DNA from: Spirochaetaceae bacterium
Lineage (GTDB): Bacteria > Spirochaetota > Spirochaetia > UBA9216
DNA length: 34,675 bases
Direction: 5' to 3'
Assembly: GCA_028527945.1 (NCBI GenBank)
Contig: JAQQAK010000013.1
Location: 1 to 34,675 of the forward strand
In this document: one piece after another, positions 8,958-15,918 of the stretch
Layout: each line of letters opens with the position of its first letter
Position numbering within the stretch: position 1 is the first letter of the stretch
Position numbers and translations under genes: made by a program
The notes under the pieces: generated by a model
What the model was told of the DNA's origin: nothing
What the model saw: the letters and a program-made list of their open reading frames with translations, nothing else
Database searches by the model: none

Positions 8958-9832
8958 AAAGATTAAATATATTTCTATCAATAATATTGCTATGTTTTTG
9001 CGGGATTGCTAATGTAAGCGCTGAAGAATGGTCTCAGGTAGGTGACGATGGTTCAGGGGAAATTATTTATAAAAATAATTTAGATCAAACCTTTGTTTAT
9101 CAAGGTGATGAGAAATCATTAACTTCAGGCGTTCAGTTAAAGATTGATTATATTTTAAAGCTTGTTAAAGACAGGTTTGATAATACCCGTGAGATACGCT
9201 TTAAGTGCGAAGATGAGGTAGTTGAGGCTCTGGTTATTCCTCAGTCTTATATAGTTGAAGAAGAAGATTTGATTAAATTTATACCATCAGGATTAAGTTT
9301 CTTCTATGATGAGAATGTTGAGACTGACTTTAGTGTAGTTGTTAATGATTTGCTATTAAAGGTTCAGGGCGCGTTTTTCTCGTGGAAAGAGCTGGACGCC
9401 AAGGTTATAGATGCTGTTCATAACCCTGAACTTTACCTTCAAAAAGCAGATCCTCTTTATATCTTTTCACAGATAGAAGCTATAAAAGAAAATGCTGATA
9501 TGATTCGCTTAAGTATGGAGCAGAAAGATGCTGAATTAGCTGAAGAGGATAAGGCTTTATCTGAAGAAAATCAGGCTCTTTCTGAGGAAAATAAAGCATT
9601 ATCTGAAGAAGTTGATATGCTTAGAGAAGCTTTAATTCAGTTATCTAATAATGGTTTTTTTGGAAGTATAAAAGAGCTTGATCCTGAACAAATTCCCGTT
9701 GTTGTAAAATTATGGGAAGATAACAGCTCCATGGACAAGAAAGAGTTTTATAAACTTTATAAAAGCGGCGGAGGAAAGCTTTCTTCTAAAGAAGTTATGA
9801 TTATTGTAGGAGCCTATTTTAACGAATTTTAA
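8954..9832 (+). CDS. Hypothetical exported protein with short coiled coil
   Basis: 292 aa; Sec signal peptide (MKRLNIFLSIILLCFCGIANVSA); ATGA overlap with the upstream gene. Confidence 0.85.
   Translation: MKRLNIFLSIILLCFCGIANVSAEEWSQVGDDGSGEIIYKNNLDQTFVYQGDEKSLTSGVQLKIDYILKLVKDRFDNTREIRFKCEDEVVEALVIPQSYIVEEEDLIKFIPSGLSFFYDENVETDFSVVVNDLLLKVQGAFFSWKELDAKVIDAVHNPELYLQKADPLYIFSQIEAIKENADMIRLSMEQKDAELAEEDKALSEENQALSEENKALSEEVDMLREALIQLSNNGFFGSIKELDPEQIPVVVKLWEDNSSMDKKEFYKLYKSGGGKLSSKEVMIIVGAYFNEF
9542..9610 (+). repeat. In-frame 21-bp tandem repeat x3.3 (EE[DN][KQ]ALS heptads)
   Basis: gaagaggataaggctttatct / gaagaaaatcaggctctttct / gaggaaaataaagcattatct / gaagaa. Confidence 0.8.
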
Positions 9833-9843
9833 TTTTTTAAAGA

Positions 9844-9876
9844 TCTCTCTTTTATAATGGAATTATTGAAGAGGGA
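9844..9876 (+). terminator. Stem-loop after the cyclase operon
   Basis: TCTCTCTTTTATAAT-GGA-ATTATTGAAGAGGGA, with G-U pairs and one mismatch; no clear U tail. Confidence 0.4.
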
Positions 9877-9908
9877 CAAAATAAATAAAAATTGTTATAA
9901 TTCCAGTT

Positions 9909-10607
9909 ATGAATGGAATAAATTTAGAATATTCACAGGAAAAAACAGCTTCTAAAAATATAAGATTTACTCGTGGTGAAGAGATTGCTAATGCGGTTTC
10001 TCACGGAGCTGGAGCAGTTTTTGCTGTTGTTGCTCTCGTTTTATTGGTTGTTTCTTCTATTAAGCATGGTACTGTCTGGCATACAGTTACCTATTCAATA
10101 TATGGTGCTACTCTTTTAATTTTGTACCTTTCTTCAACATTTAATCATTCATTACCTCTGGGTACTGCCGCAAAAGATTTTTTTCATAATTTTGATCAAA
10201 TAGCCATATTTCTTTTAATAGCAGGGACTTATACTCCCTTATCAATTGCCGGAAACGGTATTAGGCATGATTGGGGCTGGGTTATTTTTGGAATTGAGTG
10301 GGGCGCGGCTCTTGCTGGTATCATAATAAAAATATTTATTCCTAATAAATTTGAGAAGGGTGTAAACACCGCTTATATAATAATGTACGCTATTATGGGC
10401 TGGCTTCTTTTATTTTTTATTGTTCCCATTTTTAAGCATATCAATTTATTTCCAATAATAATGATTCTTGTTGGAGGAGCTTGTTATACTCTTGGTGTAA
10501 TATTTTTTAAACTTGAAGGTAAGTTAAAGTATTGTCATCTAGGCTGGCATTTGATGGTTCTTGCCGGTAGCATATGCCACTGGGTGGCAATCTGGACTCT
10601 TATATAG
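9909..10607 (+). CDS. trhA: Hemolysin III / PAQR family membrane protein
   Basis: EEIANAVSHG, SSTFNHS, DQIAIFLLIAGTYTP, GGACYTLG, HLGWHLMVLAGSICHW motifs; 7 TM pattern. Confidence 0.92.
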   Translation: MNGINLEYSQEKTASKNIRFTRGEEIANAVSHGAGAVFAVVALVLLVVSSIKHGTVWHTVTYSIYGATLLILYLSSTFNHSLPLGTAAKDFFHNFDQIAIFLLIAGTYTPLSIAGNGIRHDWGWVIFGIEWGAALAGIIIKIFIPNKFEKGVNTAYIIMYAIMGWLLLFFIVPIFKHINLFPIIMILVGGACYTLGVIFFKLEGKLKYCHLGWHLMVLAGSICHWVAIWTLI

Positions 10608-10611
10608 ACCT

Positions 10612-10803
10612 ATGGCTGATAATCCTGAAAGAGCGCCAAATTGTCTCAAATGCCAATATTATAAGGTTACTTGGGATCGTAATTTTCCCAGGGGATGTAC
10701 TATGTTCGGAGTAAAAGGGAGGGAGATGCCCTCCATGTCTGTGTTCAAAGCTACAGGAAAACATTGTCCGTCTTTTATTAAATCATCAAGAATTAAAGAT
10801 TAA
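10612..10803 (+). CDS. Small four-cysteine protein (63 aa), putative metal-binding
   Basis: MADNPERAPNCLKCQYYKVTWDRNFPRGCTMFGVKGREMPSMSVFKATGKHCPSF...; CxxC-x14-C-x22-C; ATG 4 nt after the hemolysin III stop. Confidence 0.75.
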   Translation: MADNPERAPNCLKCQYYKVTWDRNFPRGCTMFGVKGREMPSMSVFKATGKHCPSFIKSSRIKD

Positions 10804-10915
10804 AGGTTTTACCTCTTTTCATAAGAAGTTTAAAGATTTATAATTACATCTCTTTTCAAAGACTTAGTTTGTTCTAAGTTTTTTTTAGATATGTGTGAAT
10901 CAAACTTATTATTTG

Positions 10916-10938
10916 ATCTGATAATTTTATTATCAGAT
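10916..10938. promoter_or_regulatory. Perfect palindrome, candidate operator upstream of the DUF212 gene
   Basis: ATCTGATAAT-TTT-ATTATCAGAT. Confidence 0.4.
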
Positions 10939-10965
10939 TTAAGAGAGTTTGTTTATTTTTATAGT

Positions 10966-11430
10966 GTGGAGACAAGTTTGCAGGAGATTTTAGGAAACGA
11001 AATTCTGTGGTCTGTATTAGCGGCTCTTTGCTCAGCTCAGGTTTTAAAAGTCGTTACTGTTTTTATCTCAGAAGGAAAGCTTGATGCTAAAAGATTGAAG
11101 GGGACTGGAGGCATGCCTTCTTCTCATTCTTCTTCTGTCACAGCTTTAGCTACATCTGTTGGGTTTCAGGAAGGATTTGGCAGTACAGAGTTCTCTATTG
11201 CTGTTGTTCTGGCCTTTGTTGTTATGTATGACGCGGTTGGTATCAGGCAGGCTGCGGGACGCCACGCTGAAAGACTCAATATGCTTAGTGACCAGTTAGC
11301 TGAAATTGCGGACACTTTTAAAGATGGTTTTGAGCCTGAAAAATTGAAAACACTATTAGGGCATACACTTCCTCAGGTTTTCTTTGGGGCATTGCTTGGA
11401 ATTGGTATTTCATTATTATTTTATCTATAA
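10966..11430 (+). CDS. Divergent PAP2 family protein (DUF212)
   Basis: AQVLKV, TGGMPSSHSSSV.ALAT, VMYDA.GIR.AAG.HA..LN, LGHT..QV..GA.LG. Start uncertain (GTG 10966 chosen; ORF open from 10891). Confidence 0.92.
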   Translation: METSLQEILGNEILWSVLAALCSAQVLKVVTVFISEGKLDAKRLKGTGGMPSSHSSSVTALATSVGFQEGFGSTEFSIAVVLAFVVMYDAVGIRQAAGRHAERLNMLSDQLAEIADTFKDGFEPEKLKTLLGHTLPQVFFGALLGIGISLLFYL

Positions 11431-11446
11431 TTTTTAATACTTCAAT

Positions 11447-11612
11447 GAGGCTCTTTTAAAACTTAGAGACTTTAGTCTCAGAGTTTCTGAAAGAGTTACC
11501 TTAATGTAAATGAAGAAAATTTAACAACTTGTTATGCTATATATAATTATCTAATGTTGTTAAATTTTCTTCAAAGCTTCTTTAAAACCCAATCGGGTTT
11601 TGAAAGAGGCTC
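11447..11612. repeat. ~166-bp multi-hairpin REP/MITE-like element
   Basis: Terminal imperfect IR GAGGCTCTTTTAAAAC / GTTTTGAAAGAGGCTC; central perfect 18-bp IR (11511-11528 / 11556-11573); each end also folds locally. Confidence 0.6.
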
Positions 11613-11690
11613 CAATACTATAATTTTTGCCAGCTTTTGTTGGTTGGCGTTTAATATTGCAGTTTTAGCTGCATTTTTTTGGAGGAACTT

Positions 11691-12800
11691 ATGGCTTTAA
11701 ATTGTGGGATTGTTGGACTTCCTAATGTTGGTAAGTCTACCATTTTTTCTGCTCTCACATCTGCCCCCGCAGAGGCTGCTAATTATCCATTTTGTACAAT
11801 AGATCCTAATGTAGGAATTGTTAATGTTCCGGATGAACGTTTAAAAAAGATTTCCGAGATTATTGTTCCGGCAAAGGAAATTCCTGCTGTCGTTGAATTT
11901 GTTGATATTGCCGGTCTTGTAGCAGGTGCTTCAAAAGGTGAGGGGCTTGGAAATCAGTTTTTATCTCATATACGTCAGGTCGGCATGATTATTCATGTTG
12001 TACGTTGTTTTGACGATGCTGATATTACACACGTGAACGGTAAAATAGCTCCTGAGTCAGACATTGAGATTATTAATATCGAACTTGCTCTTGCGGATCT
12101 TTCTACTGTTGAAAAACGACTTGAAAAAAACACTAAACTTTTAAGATCTCCTGACAAGGCTGTTTCTCAAAAGGCTAATGCCATGATTCCGCTTCTTGAG
12201 AGGCTTAAAGAAGCTTTAGGTGATGGAAAGCCTGCTCGTTCTTTAGAATATGATGATGACGAGCTTGAGCTTATTGCTGATCTTCAACTTATAACAATGA
12301 AGAAGCAAATGTATGTTTGTAATGTCGATGAAGATGGTCTTGATGGTGGTAATGATTATGTTAAAAAGGTTAAGGCAATAGCAGACGCGGAAGACGCAGA
12401 AGCTGTTGTTATTTGTGGCGCTCTTGAAGCAGACATTGCCGCTCTTGAAACAGAAGAAGAAAAGCAGGAGTTTCTTGAAGAAGCTGGATTAACTGAATCT
12501 GGTTTATCACGGCTTATACATAAAACTTATAGTACATTAGGACTTAGAACTTTTTTTACAGCTGGAGCAGATGAAAACCGTGCATGGACTTTTAAAGAAG
12601 GGGCTTTGGCTCCAGAAGCTGCCGGTGTTATTCATACTGATTTTCAAAAAGGGTTTATAAAAGCAGATGTTTATCATTGCGATGATCTTTTTGAGTATGG
12701 TTCTGAAGATGCTATCCGAAAAGCAGGAAAGCTAAGACAGGAAGGAAAGCTTTACGCTGTAAAAGATGGAGACGTGATGCATTTTAAATTTAATGTCTAA
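11691..12800 (+). CDS. ychF: Redox-regulated ribosome-binding ATPase YchF (Obg family)
   Basis: GIVGLPNVGKST, ANYPFCTIDPN, DIAGLV.GASKGEGLGNQFL, AAGVIHTDF.KGFI, Y.VKDGDV; ATG 11691 with GGAGG SD. Confidence 0.97.
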   Translation: MALNCGIVGLPNVGKSTIFSALTSAPAEAANYPFCTIDPNVGIVNVPDERLKKISEIIVPAKEIPAVVEFVDIAGLVAGASKGEGLGNQFLSHIRQVGMIIHVVRCFDDADITHVNGKIAPESDIEIINIELALADLSTVEKRLEKNTKLLRSPDKAVSQKANAMIPLLERLKEALGDGKPARSLEYDDDELELIADLQLITMKKQMYVCNVDEDGLDGGNDYVKKVKAIADAEDAEAVVICGALEADIAALETEEEKQEFLEEAGLTESGLSRLIHKTYSTLGLRTFFTAGADENRAWTFKEGALAPEAAGVIHTDFQKGFIKADVYHCDDLFEYGSEDAIRKAGKLRQEGKLYAVKDGDVMHFKFNV

Positions 12801-12838
12801 TGAATAAACAGCATTGGTTATGCTGTTTATTCATTTTT
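12800..12838 (+). terminator. Intrinsic terminator of ychF
   Basis: ATGAATAAACAGCAT-TGGTT-ATGCTGTTTATTCAT, then TTTT. Confidence 0.75.
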
Positions 12839-12839
12839 A

Positions 12840-13027
12840 AGTTTTGCTTAGCAAAACTTCATGATTGTTTTTTTATTAGTGTCTGAAAAAGTTGAAACTT
12901 TTTCAGTGCTTTTGTGTTGAGCATTTGCTATTACGCAACTTATTAATTCAGGAGTTTTTCTACGAAAAACGTCCATGAATTGTTCTTTAATAGTGTCCAT
13001 AAAAGTTGAAATTTTTTTAAGCATGCT
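12840..13027. repeat. Two degenerate ~70-bp direct repeat units with internal hairpins
   Basis: 12840-12910 AGTTTTGCTTAGCAAAAC-TTCATGA-TTGTTTTTTTATTAGTGTCTGAAAAAGTTGAAACTTTTTCAG versus 12953-13027 AGTTTTTCTACGAAAAACGTCCATGAATTGTTCTTTAATAGTGTCCATAAAAGTTGAAATTTTTTTAA. Confidence 0.7.
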
Positions 13028-13089
13028 AATTTATGGGCTTGGTAGAAAATTATGTTTTCTGCCTTTTTTTTGCAATAGTGGGGAGTAAT

Positions 13090-14178
13090 ATGATTTACAG
13101 AGAATACGGAAAAACAGGTAAAAAAATCTCGGCAATTGGTTTTGGCGGAATGAGGTTTGATAATCCAAATGATCTAGATAAATCTGCTGAAATGCTTGTT
13201 TACGCTCTTGATAATGGTATTAATTATTTTGATACAGCTCCTTATTATTTTAAAGGAAAATCTGAAAAGGTTTACGGTTCTGCTTTGCCTGAATTAAAAA
13301 AAGCTGGTAAAGATTTTTATTTTTCTACCAAATCAATGGGGAAAGATATTGATACAGTTCGTAAAGATCTGGATAAATCACTTGAAAGACTTAATTGTGA
13401 TTGTGTTGATTTCTTTCATGTCTGGTGTGTCTTGTCTCCAGAAGATTATTCTTCACGGAAAGCTGCCGGTGTAATAGATGAGTTTCATAAAATAAAAGAA
13501 GAAGGTCTTGCTAAGCATATTTGTATATCCACTCATATGAATGGCTCTGAAATAAGAAATGTTTTAACTGAAGACGATTATGAGGGAATGACTGTAGGAT
13601 ATTCGGCTATCAACTTTCCTTTTAGAGAAGATGGAATAAGAGCCGCGGCAGAAAAGAATATGGGAATAGTTATAATGAACCCTCTTGGTGGTGGAATGAT
13701 TGTTGGTAATCCCGAAGAGTTTTCTTTTATCAAAATGAATGAAGAGCAGACTATCGTTGATGCCGCTATACATTTTCTTTTATCAGATGAGTCTATTACA
13801 ACAGCTCTTGTTGGCTTTAGTAGAAAAGAGCATATTGATCAGGCTTTAAACGCGGTAAATAGTTTCAAACCATATACTTCTCAGCAGGTAGCCTCTCTTA
13901 AAGAAAAAATCCAGAGCGATTTTCAGTCACTTTGTACAACTTGTGGTTATTGTAAGATTTGTCCGCAGGATATTCCTGTTTGGGCTTTCATGGAAAGTTA
14001 TAACCATGCTCTTATAAACAGCTCAAATAAACCACTTGAAAGGCTTGCAATGCATTGGGGAGTGAACAAGGACGAGCTTGATCGTTGTATAGAATGCGGC
14101 CAATGTGAAGAGGCTTGTACTCAGCATTTACCAATTCTTGAGCGTTTTGAACTTTTAAAGAAAGAAAGCTGGCATTGA
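13090..14178 (+). CDS. Aldo/keto reductase with C-terminal 4Fe-4S dicluster domain
   Basis: YR.YGKTG..IS.IGFGGMR, GINYFDTAPYY, SLERL..D.VD...H, MNPLGGG; CTTCGYCKICP and CIECGQCEEAC. ATG 13090 with GGGAG SD. Confidence 0.93.
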   Translation: MIYREYGKTGKKISAIGFGGMRFDNPNDLDKSAEMLVYALDNGINYFDTAPYYFKGKSEKVYGSALPELKKAGKDFYFSTKSMGKDIDTVRKDLDKSLERLNCDCVDFFHVWCVLSPEDYSSRKAAGVIDEFHKIKEEGLAKHICISTHMNGSEIRNVLTEDDYEGMTVGYSAINFPFREDGIRAAAEKNMGIVIMNPLGGGMIVGNPEEFSFIKMNEEQTIVDAAIHFLLSDESITTALVGFSRKEHIDQALNAVNSFKPYTSQQVASLKEKIQSDFQSLCTTCGYCKICPQDIPVWAFMESYNHALINSSNKPLERLAMHWGVNKDELDRCIECGQCEEACTQHLPILERFELLKKESWH

Positions 14179-14185
14179 GAGTTTT

Positions 14186-15157
14186 ATGATAAATTGCGCA
14201 ATTATAGGTTTAGGACGTGTCGCTTCAGAATTTGAAAAAGATACAAAACGTGAAAAGCCTGCTTCTCATGCTGGCGCGATAGCTGAGCATTCAGAATGTA
14301 GAATTGTTGCCGGATGTGATATAGATAAAGAAAAATGTGAAAGCTTTGGTGATTACTGGAGTTGTGATAATTTATATCAGGATTATGAAGTTATGCTTTC
14401 AGTGCAGAATATTGATATCCTCCATATCGCAACACCACCAGATACTCATAAACAAATGGTTGTTTATGCTGTAGAAGCAGGAATCCCTGTGATTGTTCTT
14501 GAAAAACCGGTTTCAGATAATATAGAAGAGGCCCAGTTTTTAAGAGAGTTTATAAAAGGTAAAAAAACTAAAATAATAGTAAATCACGAACGGCGGTATA
14601 GCCTTCCATATTTACGTGTAAAAGAAGTTATTAAAAGTAAAACGTATGGTAGTCTTCTGGCTATTCAGGCAAAGCTTTATATAGGCCGAACTCAAAAACT
14701 CCCATCAATGCTTTATAATGACGGAACTCATATGGTTGATCTAATTCATTTTTTAACTGATTCAAGAATGAATATAGAAACATGTTTCACTTCAGATGAT
14801 AATAATTTCATTTTTGCTTGCGGGTATAGCGGGAAAGTTCCTGTTGTATTCGAGGCGGCCAGAAACAGGGATTATCTTGTATTTGAACTTGATTTAACAT
14901 TTGAAAGTGGAAGAATTGTAGTTGGAAATGGCTTTTATCATGAATACCAAAGCAAAGAAAGCCCTTATTATGAACAGTTTCGTTCTTTAATAGAAAATGA
15001 CTATTCATTTGAAAAAACAGAATATTTTAAGCGGATGTTTGATGACGCAGTTAAGTGTTTCAATAAAAATGATAAGTTGCCGGTAAGCTCTCTTTCAGAT
15101 GGTGTTGATACACTTGAGGTAATTGAAGATATTCTACAGTATTTAAATAAGGAATAG
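14186..15157 (+). CDS. Gfo/Idh/MocA family oxidoreductase
   Basis: AIIGLGRV, DILHIATPPDTH, VLEKP, VNHERRY, DGTHMVDL. Confidence 0.92.
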   Translation: MINCAIIGLGRVASEFEKDTKREKPASHAGAIAEHSECRIVAGCDIDKEKCESFGDYWSCDNLYQDYEVMLSVQNIDILHIATPPDTHKQMVVYAVEAGIPVIVLEKPVSDNIEEAQFLREFIKGKKTKIIVNHERRYSLPYLRVKEVIKSKTYGSLLAIQAKLYIGRTQKLPSMLYNDGTHMVDLIHFLTDSRMNIETCFTSDDNNFIFACGYSGKVPVVFEAARNRDYLVFELDLTFESGRIVVGNGFYHEYQSKESPYYEQFRSLIENDYSFEKTEYFKRMFDDAVKCFNKNDKLPVSSLSDGVDTLEVIEDILQYLNKE

Positions 15158-15167
15158 ATCTTTTTGG

Positions 15168-15893
15168 CTAACGAGATGCCAACCCTCGTATTTTTGTAAA
15201 AATATCATCAAGTCTTTTTGCTTCACCGGCAGACAGTCCTGAACGTGCAAAGACATCTCTAAAGAATATTCTCATATCGCTGTCATCAACCTGCTTGAAA
15301 AATCCAATTTCTTTAAGGTCGCCGGCAATTGATGCGGTTAACCCATCAAGTTCTTCACGGTTTATAGGTCTGTATCCTTTTTGCTCAGTATTATTCAGCG
15401 CTTCTTTATATATTTCGTAGGTTATAATTTGAACAGCATGAGAAAGGTTGAGGGATGGAAATTGATCTGATGTAGGAATTTTTACAGCCGTATTGCATAG
15501 TGCCATATCGTGATCATTTAAACCTGATACCTCATTACCAAATACAATGGCAATTTCACCTTTGCCTTCTCCTGACATAGGAATAATTTTTTGCGCAAAT
15601 TCTTCAGGTTTCATGCTGAAATATTTACGTTTTTTCCCTCTTCGTCTGGAAGTAGCTGCTGAAATAATTGTTCCGCTGAGGGCTTCTTCTACAGACGAGC
15701 AGAATACAGCATTTTCAAGTAAGTCAAATGCGTGTATTGCTGTTACCTTTGCTTTTTGAAAATCAACTTCAGTATTTCCGGCTATATATAAATTAGAAAA
15801 TCCCATATTTTTCATGGCGCGACAAACCGCACCAACATTCTTTGAGGATTTAGGATTCTCGAGTACTATTCGAATATTAGAAAAATCTGTCAT
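15168..15893 (-). CDS. trmJ: TrmJ/LasT family SPOUT RNA methyltransferase
   Basis: IRIVLENP....NVGAVCRAMKNMG, AIVFGNEVSGL, IPTS..FPSLNLSHAVQII.YE. Confidence 0.9.
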   Translation of the reverse strand: MTDFSNIRIVLENPKSSKNVGAVCRAMKNMGFSNLYIAGNTEVDFQKAKVTAIHAFDLLENAVFCSSVEEALSGTIISAATSRRRGKKRKYFSMKPEEFAQKIIPMSGEGKGEIAIVFGNEVSGLNDHDMALCNTAVKIPTSDQFPSLNLSHAVQIITYEIYKEALNNTEQKGYRPINREELDGLTASIAGDLKEIGFFKQVDDSDMRIFFRDVFARSGLSAGEAKRLDDIFTKIRGLASR

Positions 15894-15918
15894 ATTATCA
15901 CCTTTGATTGAGAAATGT

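Noticed and set aside
5839-9832. Pycsar/CBASS-type anti-phage system
   Set aside because: The cyclase has sensor/HAMP membrane architecture, and the neighbours lack cNMP-binding, TIR, SAVED or multi-TM effector features; no defence-island context.
9909-10607. Hemolysin III as a virulence toxin
   Set aside because: PAQR/TrhA proteins are widespread membrane-homeostasis proteins; the name alone is not evidence of toxicity.
12840-13027. Possible degenerate CRISPR array
   Set aside because: Only two long, diverged units; no regular repeat-spacer period; no cas genes in the window.
10891-13089. Longer ORF-track starts for DUF212 (10891), ychF (11679) and AKR (13033)
   Set aside because: Family N-termini, and for ychF and AKR the SD positions, support later starts at 10966, 11691 and 13090.
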